Assembly (NCBI GenBank): GCA_001821765.1
Contig: MHOA01000008.1
Coordinates: 167 to 64,166, forward strand
DNA length: 64,000 nucleotides
Origin: Candidatus Ryanbacteria bacterium RIFCSPLOWO2_12_FULL_44_26
GTDB taxonomy: Bacteria > Patescibacteriota > Minisyncoccia > Ryanbacterales > HO2-45-13
Direction: 5' to 3'
Shown here in pieces: positions 50,404 through 60,760 of the stretch (position 1 is the stretch's first letter; every line of letters starts with the position of its first letter). The notes beneath the pieces were generated by a model. That model ran no database searches. It was not told where the DNA came from and saw nothing but the letters and a program-made list of their open reading frames with translations. Made by a program: the position numbers and the translations under genes.

Positions 50404-53400
50404 TTATGCTGCACGTTGTTTTTCTAAAACTTTTCCTGACGCCTTAGTTGTCTCCTTTTCACCCGTTTCTTCCTCTTCTTCACGAGACTGTTCGGAGTAA
50501 TTTATAACAACGTCAAGCGCAAGACCTTTTAACTCGTTCACTAATACATGAAATGATGTTGGAATATGAGGACTTTTCCTTCGCTCACCGCGCACTATTG
50601 AATCATAGATAGATGCGCGTCCGCTTACATCGTCAGACTTGATAGTGATCATTTCCTGAAGTGTGCTGGCCGCTCCATATCCCTCCAGCGCCCACACTTC
50701 CATCTCGCCAAAACGCTGTCCCCCTCCCTGTGCTTTCCCTCCAAGCGGCTGCTGGGTGATTAAAGAATACGAACCAATAGAACGCATATGGATTTTATCT
50801 TCCACCATGTGATTTAATTTCATCATATAAATATATCCAACCGTAACTTTCTGACTAAATACCTCACCTGTTCTGCCGTCATACAACCGAACCTTTCCGT
50901 CTTTCGAAAAACCGGCGTGTTCCAGTTCATCCCGAATTTCCTGCTCGCTTGGACTTGTCAGCGCCGGACACACCGCACGATACTTAAGTGTATGCGCGGC
51001 CAACCCCAAGTGTGTTTCCAAAATCTGTCCGAGATTCATACGAGACGCGACTCCCAAAGGATTCAATATCATGTCAACTGGCGTTCCGTCCTCAAGATAC
51101 GGCATATCCTCCTCTGGTAAAATTTTAGAGATAACACCTTTATTTCCATGTCTTCCCGCAAGCTTATCCCCAACAGATATTCGCCTTAATTGCGCTACTT
51201 CCACCTGCACCTGTTTAATCACTCCCGATTCCAAGCGATCACCCTCTTCTCTCGAAAACACCTTTACACCGACAACCCTGCCGTGCTTGCCGTTTGGAAG
51301 CTTCAGCGACGTATCTTTCACATCACGCGCTTTTTCTCCAAAAATAGCATGCAACAGGCGTTCCTCCGGCGTAAGATCAATCTCACCTTTTGGAGAAATC
51401 TTCCCCACGAGAATATCCCCTTCCCGCACTTCCGCACCGATACGCACAATACCATCTTCATCAAGGTCTTTAAGCTTTTCTTCTCCCACGTTTGGAATGT
51501 CTGGAGTGGTTATTTCTTCTCCTAATTTGGTGTCGCGCACATTCACAGTGAATTCTTCAATATGGATAGAGGTAAAACGATCGTCTTTTACAAGGCGCTC
51601 TGAAACAATAATTGCGTCCTCAAAGTTTGCGCCTCTCCAAGAGAGAAAGGCGACAAGCAAATTCTGTCCCAAGGCCAAGTCTCCATCCTTGGTTGATGAG
51701 TTGTCTGCCAAAAGATCTCCGGCACGCACTTTCATTCCCTTCGCCACACGTGGTGTGTGGTGAAGAACTGTTACCTGATTGGAACGCATAAAATTAATCA
51801 GAGGATACTCTCTGCTTCTTCCTCCAGACCGAACAACAATGTTCTGTGCATCCGCATGCACCACTTTGCCGTCCTGTTCGGCGATAATGATTTGTCCGGA
51901 GTCCCTCGCTGCCCTGGACTCCATACCGGTGCCAACGAGGGGAGGGTCGGCTTTAATACATGGAACTGCCTGCCGCTGCATATTTGAACCCATAAGCGCT
52001 CGATTTGCATCATCATGGCCAAGAAATGGAATAAGACAGGTCGCGATACTAAACGCCTGTTGCGAAGAAACATCAATATATTCAATCGCTTCACGGGGCA
52101 CAAAACCAAAACTGCCTTTTATCCTCGCCTCCACTTCCTTATCAAGAATCCTGCTATCATCGTATTGGACACTCCCATGGGCAATGATATGCTGCATCTC
52201 TTCAAATGCAGTCATAAGACGTATCTCATCTGTAATGACGCCGTCAACAACCTTCCTATATGGAGTTTCCAAGAGCCCAAATTCATTAATTGACGCGTAT
52301 ATGGAAAGGTGGCCAACGAGACCGATATTAGGACCTTCTGGGGTTTGGATAGGACAAATCCTTCCATAGTGAGATGGGTGAACGTCACGCACTTCAAATC
52401 CAGCCCGCTCTCGCGTCAACCCTCCCGGTCCAAGCGCAGAAAGTCTTCGTTTATGCTCCAATTCAGCCAGAACATTGACCTGATCCATAAACTGCGAGAG
52501 CTGGTTTGTCATAAAAAAATCTCTCAACACCGTCATAAAGGGGCGGGAATTAATAACCTGCAGAGGTGTTAAGGTTTCGGCGTCTAAAACAGACATGCGG
52601 TCTCTTATATGCCGCTCCATGCGTGCAAGACCGACCCGAAGACGGTTCTGCAACATTTCTCCCATTCCGCGAATTCTTCGATGCCCAAGATGATCAATAT
52701 CATCAGGAAGTTCATCGGGAGTATTGTTTTTCCTGATAATCTCGGAAATAGTACAAACGATGTCATCAAGCGTTAACACACGAACATCCGGTTTGGGCAC
52801 TTTAAAGTGAGCGAAGCGAATATTTGTTTTATACCGTCCAACCGGAGAAATATCATACCGGGCACTGGAAAAGGTATTTTCAATAAGATGCCGGGCATTA
52901 TCAGGAGTTGCGAGATCGCCAGGCCTTATGCGTTTGTATACCTCCACATACGCATCGTCCGCTGTCTTCGCGAGATCCTTGGAAAGCGTCTTTTCCATAA
53001 ATGATATTTCTCCATTATCAATATCACGGAACCGCTCCTTTATGGCACTTTCCTTTTCAAGGCCGAATATGCGGAGCAATGTCGTTGCGGAAATTTTTCT
53101 TTTTCTGTCAATCTTCACCCAAATTACTCCTTCAGCGTCTGTCTCAAACTCAAGCCATACACCACGACCCGGGATAATCTTTGCGCCAAATAACTTCTTT
53201 CCGCGATGATAATGAAGAGTAAAATATACTCCGAACGAACGGACCAGTTGTGAAACGATAACACGTTCTATGCCGTTAATAATAAATGTCCCCCTCTTTG
53301 TCATTAACGGAAAATCGGCAAAGAAAATGTCCTGGGTTTTTATTTCTCCAGTATTTTTATTGGTCAATCGTGCTGTCACTCTCAACGGCGCTTCATAAGA

Positions 53401-53631
53401 AAGATTATGCGCTTTGGCGTGATATTCATCACGACTCACATCATCGAGAGAAAAATTAACAAAGTCCAATGCAAACTCCTTCCCAGTAACATCTTCAATG
53501 GGGCTAAACTCATCAAAGACCTCCTTTAATCCTTTTTTTAAAAGCCATGCATACGAGTCGAGCTGGACTTTTGCCAGATACGGCAGTTCAGTAAGAGGTT
53601 CCTTATACTTAGAAAAATATTTTTTTTGCAT
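50404..53631 (-). CDS. rpoB: DNA-directed RNA polymerase subunit beta.
   Basis: 1075 aa with conserved Rpb2-type blocks (GEMEVWALEGYGA, NADFDGDQM partner region). It is adjacent to rpoC. Confidence 0.98.
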   Translation of the reverse strand: MQKKYFSKYKEPLTELPYLAKVQLDSYAWLLKKGLKEVFDEFSPIEDVTGKEFALDFVNFSLDDVSRDEYHAKAHNLSYEAPLRVTARLTNKNTGEIKTQDIFFADFPLMTKRGTFIINGIERVIVSQLVRSFGVYFTLHYHRGKKLFGAKIIPGRGVWLEFETDAEGVIWVKIDRKRKISATTLLRIFGLEKESAIKERFRDIDNGEISFMEKTLSKDLAKTADDAYVEVYKRIRPGDLATPDNARHLIENTFSSARYDISPVGRYKTNIRFAHFKVPKPDVRVLTLDDIVCTISEIIRKNNTPDELPDDIDHLGHRRIRGMGEMLQNRLRVGLARMERHIRDRMSVLDAETLTPLQVINSRPFMTVLRDFFMTNQLSQFMDQVNVLAELEHKRRLSALGPGGLTRERAGFEVRDVHPSHYGRICPIQTPEGPNIGLVGHLSIYASINEFGLLETPYRKVVDGVITDEIRLMTAFEEMQHIIAHGSVQYDDSRILDKEVEARIKGSFGFVPREAIEYIDVSSQQAFSIATCLIPFLGHDDANRALMGSNMQRQAVPCIKADPPLVGTGMESRAARDSGQIIIAEQDGKVVHADAQNIVVRSGGRSREYPLINFMRSNQVTVLHHTPRVAKGMKVRAGDLLADNSSTKDGDLALGQNLLVAFLSWRGANFEDAIIVSERLVKDDRFTSIHIEEFTVNVRDTKLGEEITTPDIPNVGEEKLKDLDEDGIVRIGAEVREGDILVGKISPKGEIDLTPEERLLHAIFGEKARDVKDTSLKLPNGKHGRVVGVKVFSREEGDRLESGVIKQVQVEVAQLRRISVGDKLAGRHGNKGVISKILPEEDMPYLEDGTPVDMILNPLGVASRMNLGQILETHLGLAAHTLKYRAVCPALTSPSEQEIRDELEHAGFSKDGKVRLYDGRTGEVFSQKVTVGYIYMMKLNHMVEDKIHMRSIGSYSLITQQPLGGKAQGGGQRFGEMEVWALEGYGAASTLQEMITIKSDDVSGRASIYDSIVRGERRKSPHIPTSFHVLVNELKGLALDVVINYSEQSREEEEETGEKETTKASGKVLEKQRAA

Positions 53632-54068
53632 GCTTCAACGCTATACATGAGCGCATACTGCCTGCCTGCTTGGCTTTAAAGCAATAGCGACTCAAAAAAA
53701 TATTAGTTTGCTAAAAGTTGTTCACTTGTAAGAAGAGAACACTATTGGAATAACTCCTCGTTCTCAAACCACAACCGAAAAGGAATAAAGACAACATCAA
53801 ACAAAAAACCCGTTTGTCTTTGGGTCTTTTTTAGTTTTTACCGATTTTAGAATACAAAACCTTTCAGGTCAATTAAACCATTTATAGATACTCATGGTAT
53901 ACTTTTCCGTGTTTTTCGTCAAGAAATTGTTTGATGTCGCTGTGGATATTCCAATCATAACACAGATTAATGATATTGTCCAGTCCAAAAGTCCTTACCA
54001 TACGTCTAAAGAGCTGTTTACAATAACACAAAGTGAATGGGAACAACACCTGATAAAAATCACCGACT

Positions 54069-54980
54069 TCACTTCAACACTCGTGTGTTCTTTTTAAACC
54101 CCTCTAATGTCACCAGCAACGGGCTTGCAATAAAAATAGATGAGTAGGTGCCGAAAAAAATACCCAACACAAGAGCGAGCGCAAAATAGTGTACAGAATC
54201 TCCGCCAAAGAAAAACACCGCGAGCAAGACAAGCAGCGTGGTAAGGGATGTATTCACTGAACGCACGATTGTTTCGCTAATACTGCGAGCGGTCACATCA
54301 GAAAATGAGAAATGCTCGAACTTTTTTAGATTTTCTCTCACTCTATCAAAAACAACGATGGTATCATGGATAGAAAAGCCTAGTATGGTAAGAAGCGCCG
54401 TCACAAACAACGCATCAATCTCAACTATGCCCCATTGCCCAAGAAATGCAAATATACCAGTAGGAATAATAATATCATGGAAAAGCGCAACAAGCGCCAC
54501 CATTCCATATTTCCAGGAAGAAAACCTGTGTGAAACTTTTCTAAAAGCCCACGCGATGTATAAAAGTATAAACACCAACGCAAGGGCAAGCGCAATCAAC
54601 GCCTTTCTGCCAAGTTCCTTTCCGATCACAGGACCTATGGACTCAAAACGCCTCTCTTCAAAATCACTTCCTTCGAGTCTACTGTTCTGAAGCGCGGCTA
54701 TCATTACTTGATGCTCTTGTTCTGAAAGATGCCTTGTGCGTATCAGTAGCCCTTTGTCGCCGATAAATTGTACCCGCGCATTATGAATACCTGATGTAAC
54801 AAGTGCATTGTTGACAACAGCAACCGACGGCCTTTGTTCCGTATATGTAACTTCGAGCAGCGAACCTCCCCGAAAATCTATACCAAGCGGAAGACCCCAA
54901 ACGATAACTGCAGCAAAACTTGCTGTCACTAACAAAAGCGAAACCGCGTAAAAAATATTTCTGTACTTTATAATAAACAT
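54069..54980 (-). CDS. secF: Protein translocase subunit SecF.
   Basis: 303 aa. N-terminal TM plus IDFRGGS, and 5 C-terminal TM helices. It sits downstream of secD. Confidence 0.85.
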   Translation of the reverse strand: MFIIKYRNIFYAVSLLLVTASFAAVIVWGLPLGIDFRGGSLLEVTYTEQRPSVAVVNNALVTSGIHNARVQFIGDKGLLIRTRHLSEQEHQVMIAALQNSRLEGSDFEERRFESIGPVIGKELGRKALIALALALVFILLYIAWAFRKVSHRFSSWKYGMVALVALFHDIIIPTGIFAFLGQWGIVEIDALFVTALLTILGFSIHDTIVVFDRVRENLKKFEHFSFSDVTARSISETIVRSVNTSLTTLLVLLAVFFFGGDSVHYFALALVLGIFFGTYSSIFIASPLLVTLEGFKKNTRVLK

Positions 54981-54984
54981 ACCT

Positions 54985-56289
54985 TCAACGGTGTAACCCA
55001 GAAAGCATAAGTGAACGCATGGCCGAAGTTTCCTTTACGCCAAGCGCTTTTAAGAACGTTCTGGTAACTACTATTGCAGAAAACATGCTTATTGCCACCC
55101 CAAGTCCGAGAGTCAGGGCAAATCCCTTCACCAGACTTGTGCCGAACCACCAAAGAATAAATGCGGTCATAAGACTTGAAACATTTGAATCACGAATGGA
55201 AGTCCATGCGCGCATAAAACCATCTTCAACAGAACCGCGAATGCTTTTCCCCTCTTTCAGTTCTTCTTTCATCCGCTCAAAAATAAGAATGTTTGCATCC
55301 ACTGCCATACCAACCGAAAGAATAAACCCCGTAATCGCCGCAGCGCTCAAGGTAACCGGAATGAGCTTAAAAAGAGCCAACATAATAAAGATGTAAATGC
55401 TTAGCGCAATAACAGCAAGGATTCCCGGCAGGCGATACCAAAGCACCATAAAAACAACGACGGCAATCGTGCCAACAATGGCAGCCGAGAATGTTCGCCG
55501 CAATGCTTCAGCGCCCAGCGATGCTTCAACAGACTGCTGAGTGATCAGTGTAATCGGAACAGGCAAGGCACCGGAATTAAGACGACGTACAAGTGTTCTC
55601 GCCTCCTGAGGAGTAAAGTCACCGGTTATTTGCGCCCTCCCGCCGGTGATCTTTTCTCGTACTACAGGGATACTGATGGGAGTTCCGTCTAAATATATTG
55701 CAATGCTTTTCCCAATGTTTTTTTCTGTAAGTTCAGCAAATAATTCAGACCCCTTATCATCAAACACCAGCGCGACCACCGGCGAACCGAATTGGTCAAA
55801 TTGTAACTCCGATCGCTTGAGAAACTGCCCCGTTAATTCAGTCGGCTCAAAGGAAATCTCGGCTGCAGCCAATGCTTCGCTTGTAGCTGTTGATTGCTCA
55901 ATGCCTTCGCGTTCCTGCTGAAACTCTAAATAGGGTGTATCCCCAATTATTCGTATGGCCTCACTTATATTAAACACCCCTGCAAGCTCAACGATGAGGC
56001 GTTCGTTGCCTCTGCTCCCAGCAATTTGCACAACAGGTTCGGAAACTCCAAAAAGATTCACTCGCCTTTCAATAACATCTCTAAGCCCTTCAAGTGCCTC
56101 GATGCGATTTTGCGAAAGCGCATCGGATTCTTCAAGTTTATAAACAAGGTGTGCTCCGCCGGCAAGGTCAAGTCCCAGCCGATACTGCACATCAAGAAAT
56201 TTGAGTATTCCACCAAATGGGTACGCAAAATATCCAAGCGCTATTCCAGTAATGAGCAAAGAAAATGCCAGAAAGCGAACTTTTAACAT
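54985..56289 (-). CDS. secD: Protein translocase subunit SecD. I trimmed the start to ATG at 56289 (MLKVRFLAFSLL...).
   Basis: RLGLDLAGGAHLVYK... plus a 6-TM C-terminal domain. The longer ORF-track start overlaps tmk and is unlikely. Confidence 0.85.
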   Translation of the reverse strand: MLKVRFLAFSLLITGIALGYFAYPFGGILKFLDVQYRLGLDLAGGAHLVYKLEESDALSQNRIEALEGLRDVIERRVNLFGVSEPVVQIAGSRGNERLIVELAGVFNISEAIRIIGDTPYLEFQQEREGIEQSTATSEALAAAEISFEPTELTGQFLKRSELQFDQFGSPVVALVFDDKGSELFAELTEKNIGKSIAIYLDGTPISIPVVREKITGGRAQITGDFTPQEARTLVRRLNSGALPVPITLITQQSVEASLGAEALRRTFSAAIVGTIAVVVFMVLWYRLPGILAVIALSIYIFIMLALFKLIPVTLSAAAITGFILSVGMAVDANILIFERMKEELKEGKSIRGSVEDGFMRAWTSIRDSNVSSLMTAFILWWFGTSLVKGFALTLGLGVAISMFSAIVVTRTFLKALGVKETSAMRSLMLSGLHR

Positions 56290-56320
56290 ACAGGGATAGT
56301 GTAACGGGGTTCTAAACAGT

Positions 56321-56950
56321 TTACAAGATAAATTTTTCCTCCACCGTTTCCCAAATGGATCTTGCCACTGCCGCTCTTGACTGATGAGCATTAATAATTA
56401 CATGATTTTCTGGATGTGTCTGCGCAATTTGCAAAAAACCTTCTCTGACACGATGATGAAAGAATATGTTTTCTCGCTCAAAAATTGACAGCGCTTCCTC
56501 CCCACGCAACTGCGCGCGTTTAAATGCCTCTTGAGGAGACATATCCAATATCAAAACAAGATGAGGTGTTACCGTTATTCCTCCCACCAAATGCTGTTCG
56601 TGCTCAATGAACTCCAAAGACAAACCTCGTCCGTAATGCTGATAAGCGAGCGTGGAGTCAGAAAAACGGTCCGAGAGCACTATAGCTCCATCAGAAAGCG
56701 CGGGAACAATCACGTTCTCAATATGAACCCTGCGGTCTTGAAGGAAAAGTTTCAGTTCCTCTTTTGGGGAAAGAGTCCCGCTTAATATTTGTTCTTTGAA
56801 TTTTTCTCCTTGGGGAGTTCCACCAGGTTCTTTTGTGACAACAACCTCTCTGCCGACTGCCCGCAGTTTTTCGGCAAGGAGTTTTATTTGTGTTGTTTTA
56901 CCGGTAAATTCACCGCCTTCAAACACAATAAATACCTTGCTCCCTTTCAT
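56321..56950 (-). CDS. tmk: Thymidylate kinase.
   Basis: FIVFEGGEFTGKTTQ is the P-loop; a DRF-type motif is present. Size is 209 aa. Confidence 0.9.
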   Translation of the reverse strand: MKGSKVFIVFEGGEFTGKTTQIKLLAEKLRAVGREVVVTKEPGGTPQGEKFKEQILSGTLSPKEELKLFLQDRRVHIENVIVPALSDGAIVLSDRFSDSTLAYQHYGRGLSLEFIEHEQHLVGGITVTPHLVLILDMSPQEAFKRAQLRGEEALSIFERENIFFHHRVREGFLQIAQTHPENHVIINAHQSRAAVARSIWETVEEKFIL

Positions 56951-57063
56951 ATCTTTTATATTGTCAAATCGTTACAATCGCGATGAATTGACAAACAGTT
57001 ACCTTTGGGCAATGCAGTATCAAACATCAATGCCTTTAGGTTAAGCAGTGCTATCAATGATTT

Positions 57064-57489
57064 TTAAGGCACGATGTCGATGCCCATTGAGCGAGCCGTC
57101 CCTTTAATGGTTTTCATTGCTGCATTTATATTTGATGTATTAAGATCCACAGCTTTTTTTTCAGCAATTTCTTTTACTTTGCCTTCAGAAATCTTTGCCA
57201 CTTTATTCTTAAGCGGATTTCCAGAACCCTTTTCAACCCCCGCGGCTTTTTTAAGAAGACTAGAAGCAGGAGGGGTTTTTAACACGAAATCAAAAGTTCG
57301 ATCCTCATAAACCGTAATCTCAGCCGGCACAATATCATCGCCCATTTCTTTGGTGGCTTCGTTAAACTTATTCACAAAATCTCCAATATTTATTCCGTGC
57401 TGACCAAGCGCAGGTCCGACCGGCGGAGCAGGATTGGCTTTCCCGGCAGGAATTTGTAATTTTAATATTGTTTTTATTTTTTTAGCCAT
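57064..57489 (-). CDS. rplK: 50S ribosomal protein L11.
   Basis: [26 protein letters not shown]. Confidence 0.97.
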   Translation of the reverse strand: MAKKIKTILKLQIPAGKANPAPPVGPALGQHGINIGDFVNKFNEATKEMGDDIVPAEITVYEDRTFDFVLKTPPASSLLKKAAGVEKGSGNPLKNKVAKISEGKVKEIAEKKAVDLNTSNINAAMKTIKGTARSMGIDIVP

Positions 57490-57717
57490 ACCAATTTCAT
57501 ACGAGCGTTAGCGAGTTCATAAAATTGAGCGCCCCCACACGCAAAATCATGATATGTTCCGTGTAACCCGCATTTCCACCAACCAATAAACAAAGGGAGG
57601 TCTTCGATTTGCCAGGCGTGGGTCTTGAAAAAATGTTGCACATCATAATTTTGAGTGTGGTGATTGTGATTTGGTACCGAAAATGCTACACCTTCGGCTT
57701 GAACGTTTCAGCTCAAT

Positions 57718-58263
57718 CTACAACTTCTTTGCCTGCAACGGGTCAAGTTCAACAGGGGTTTCCCTTCCAAATATCGAAACGAGAACCTTAATTTTTCCGC
57801 GCTCCTCGTCAACAGCGTCAACCCTTCCCTCCATATCCTTAAACGGCCCGTCAACAATTCTTACCATACTTCCATTCGAAACATCAATCTTATGCTTGGG
57901 TTCCTCCTCTCCCATCCGTCTCATAAGCTCATTGACCTCTTCCCTTGAAAGGGGTATGGGAGTGGTTCCAGACCCAACAAATCCCGTCACCCTCGGCGTA
58001 TTTCTTACAACATACCAGGAATCATCTGTAACAATCATGTCAACCAATACATAGCCGGGATAAATTTTTTCCTCGACTATCTTGCGCTTTCCTCCCTTAA
58101 TGCGGATTTTCTTCTCAACAGGAACCAACACCCCAAAAATTTTATCCTCCATTCCCATTGATTCAATACGCTGACGCATGTTGCGCGCGACAGCGTCTTC
58201 ATACCCTGAATAGGTGTGGACAGCATACCAATTCCTCCCAAATTCCGATGTTTGCTTAGGCAT
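57718..58263 (-). CDS. nusG: Transcription termination/antitermination factor NusG.
   Basis: NWYAVHTYSGYE NGN domain and a C-terminal KOW (GSMVRIVDGPFKDMEGRV). Confidence 0.95.
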   Translation of the reverse strand: MPKQTSEFGRNWYAVHTYSGYEDAVARNMRQRIESMGMEDKIFGVLVPVEKKIRIKGGKRKIVEEKIYPGYVLVDMIVTDDSWYVVRNTPRVTGFVGSGTTPIPLSREEVNELMRRMGEEEPKHKIDVSNGSMVRIVDGPFKDMEGRVDAVDEERGKIKVLVSIFGRETPVELDPLQAKKL

Positions 58264-58403
58264 GCCACATTAGCATAAACTTGTAAAAATGTGCGGTGCA
58301 CTCATATATCAAAAAGTAAAACGAAAAATTGCGAAATGGTCAAAATATCTAAGAAAAATTTTAACATCTCTATGTTGATATTTGATTTTTACATTTTGCA
58401 TTT

Positions 58404-58589
58404 TTACAGCACAAACGTCCGCAACAAAAACTGGAAAAACACGTCAAGCGCCCCGAGAAAAGCAGCTACCCCCAACGAAATACCAATGACAATCGCGGTC
58501 GAGATGAACGTTTCGCGCCTGGTGGGCCAATTCACCTTCACCATTTCGCGTTTTGACTCCTTAATGTATGCAATCAATCTGGACAGCAT
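58404..58589 (-). CDS. secE: Preprotein translocase subunit SecE.
   Basis: 61 aa. ESKREMVKVNWPTRRE plus a single TM. It sits immediately upstream of nusG. Confidence 0.8.
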   Translation of the reverse strand: MLSRLIAYIKESKREMVKVNWPTRRETFISTAIVIGISLGVAAFLGALDVFFQFLLRTFVL

Positions 58590-58668
58590 AAATAAGCAAC
58601 ATAAAAATTTATACCATTTTTAAAAGGCCTTTCGGCCCATTGATGGTTTCAACTTATCACAAAGCCAC

Positions 58669-60684
58669 TTAAATGTCAAGATTTTTCACGCCCTTTGCAT
58701 GGGTTTGTATAAAGTGTTTCCTTGGAGCCACATCCGCGCCCATCAGAACATCAAATACGACATCGGCCTCTTTCGCATCCCTTATGCTTACCTGCCGCAT
58801 ATGGCGCGTTTGCGGATCCATAGTTGTTTCCCAAAGCTGATCCGGGTTCATTTCTCCGAGCCCCTTATACCGCTGGATCGTTATACCTTTTATGCTTTCT
58901 TCCTCTGCGGTCTCTTGAGATATTTCCTCGGAAGGCAACTTCGTCTTTATTTTGCTTAACTCCTTGATAATGATGTCTTTCTGCTTTTCAGTGAACGCAT
59001 ACTGCACTGATTTCCCTTTTTGGACTCTATAAAGAGGCGGTTCCGCAATATAAAGATACCCACCCTCAATAACTGGCAGGAAATAGCGATAAAAGAATGT
59101 TAGCAGAAGCGTCCGGATATGCGCACCGTCAATATCAGCATCGGTCATGATGATAATTTTATGATACCGCAGCTTTGCCAAGTCAAATTCATTTTCTATC
59201 CCTGCTCCGAGCGCGATAATAAGCGCCCTTATCTCCTTGAAAGCAAGCATCTTATCAAGCCGGGCGCGCTCCACGTTCAGGATTTTCCCTTTAATAGGAA
59301 GAATGGCTTGAAATTCCCGCGACCGTGCCTGCTTCGCTGAACCGCCAGCTGAATCTCCTTCTACAATGAAAAGCTCCGTAGCTGAAGCATCACGGGATTG
59401 GCAATCAGCAAGTTTTCCGGGAAGAGTCATTCCTCCAAAGGCACCTTTGCGTAAAATAGTTTCCTTAGCGGCTTTCGCCGCCCGGCGGGCTTTCGCCGCT
59501 AAAATGACCTTCTCGATGATGGCTCGTGCATCTTTGGGATGTTCTTCAAGATATGCGTTAAAAGCTGACGAAAAGACAGATTCCACCGCGCTCCGTGCTT
59601 CCACATTTCCCAACTTTGCCTTTGTTTGTCCTTCAAATTGCGGTTCTCTGATCTTTAAAGCAATAATGGCAGAAAGGCCTTCCCTGACATCCTCGCCAGT
59701 AAGGTTCTCGTCGTCCTTCTTTAAAAATTCATTTTTCCTCACATAATCATTCAACACTCTTGTAAGTCCGGTTCTAAAACCGGTCAAATGCATCCCTCCC
59801 TCGGGCGTGTAAATGTTGTTCGCAAACGCCATTTCGTGGACCTGTAAATCATCCACATACTGCAGTGCAACCTCAACCGATATACCCTCATATTCTTTGA
59901 CAACGTAAAACGGGGTTGGATGTAATGGAGTAAAATGGCGAGTAAGAGACGCAATATATGAGAGAATACCACCCTTAAAGTAGAAGGAGTATGAGTTTTC
60001 TTCCCCTTTTTTTCTCCGGTCCTCTATGTGTATGGTAGTCCCGGCAGTCAAATATGCCTGCTGCCGTAAGTGTGAAATAATGGTGTCCCAATCAAACTCC
60101 GGCATTGCTTTTAAGTCTTTTTTGCCAAAAATATCCTGGTCCGGCTCAAAAGTAACAGTCGTTCCATTATGGGAACATTTGCCGCTTTTTTTTACTTTTG
60201 TTGTCGGGGTTCCCCGCTCGTATTCCTGCTCGTATAGACTCCCGTCTTTGCAAACTTCCGCCTTCAGATAACTGGAAAGCGCATTGACCACGGAAACACC
60301 AACACCATGCAGCCCTCCGGCTACCTTATAAGATTCGCCGCCGAACTTTGCTCCGGCGTGCAGTGTGGTCATCACGGTTTCAAGAGCGGATTTTTTTGTT
60401 TGTTTGTGCAGATCAATCGGGATGCCCCGACCATCATCAGCCACTGAAACTCGCCGACCCGGCAAAAGCCTTATCACCACCCTCTTCGCGTATCCCGCCA
60501 TCGCTTCGTCGATTGCATTATCAACCACTTCCCAAATAAGATGGTGCAAACCACTGCTGCCTGTTGAGCCAATATACATGCCTGGACGCTTTCGAACTGG
60601 TTCCAAACCCTCCAGCACGTAAATATCGCTCGCTGTATAGCGCGGTTCTTTCACGATGTTTTGTTTTTTTAAAGACTTCTTCAT
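58669..60684 (-). CDS. gyrB: DNA gyrase subunit B (type IIA topoisomerase B subunit).
   Basis: GLEPVRKRPGMYIGST, EVVDNAIDEA, the Toprim region, and C-terminal QLWETTMDP. Confidence 0.85.
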   Translation of the reverse strand: MKKSLKKQNIVKEPRYTASDIYVLEGLEPVRKRPGMYIGSTGSSGLHHLIWEVVDNAIDEAMAGYAKRVVIRLLPGRRVSVADDGRGIPIDLHKQTKKSALETVMTTLHAGAKFGGESYKVAGGLHGVGVSVVNALSSYLKAEVCKDGSLYEQEYERGTPTTKVKKSGKCSHNGTTVTFEPDQDIFGKKDLKAMPEFDWDTIISHLRQQAYLTAGTTIHIEDRRKKGEENSYSFYFKGGILSYIASLTRHFTPLHPTPFYVVKEYEGISVEVALQYVDDLQVHEMAFANNIYTPEGGMHLTGFRTGLTRVLNDYVRKNEFLKKDDENLTGEDVREGLSAIIALKIREPQFEGQTKAKLGNVEARSAVESVFSSAFNAYLEEHPKDARAIIEKVILAAKARRAAKAAKETILRKGAFGGMTLPGKLADCQSRDASATELFIVEGDSAGGSAKQARSREFQAILPIKGKILNVERARLDKMLAFKEIRALIIALGAGIENEFDLAKLRYHKIIIMTDADIDGAHIRTLLLTFFYRYFLPVIEGGYLYIAEPPLYRVQKGKSVQYAFTEKQKDIIIKELSKIKTKLPSEEISQETAEEESIKGITIQRYKGLGEMNPDQLWETTMDPQTRHMRQVSIRDAKEADVVFDVLMGADVAPRKHFIQTHAKGVKNLDI

Positions 60685-60760
60685 TGAAGATTTTTTTTAT
60701 GCCAGTGTAGTATAATGCCAATCAATTGCAAAGAATATCATGAATGATGCACGATATTAT

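Noticed and set aside
56289-56391. Longer SecD start (MLISQERQWQ...).
   Set aside because: It would overlap the 3' end of tmk by 70 nt. The internal ATG at 56289 gives a typical SecD N-terminus with a TM helix.
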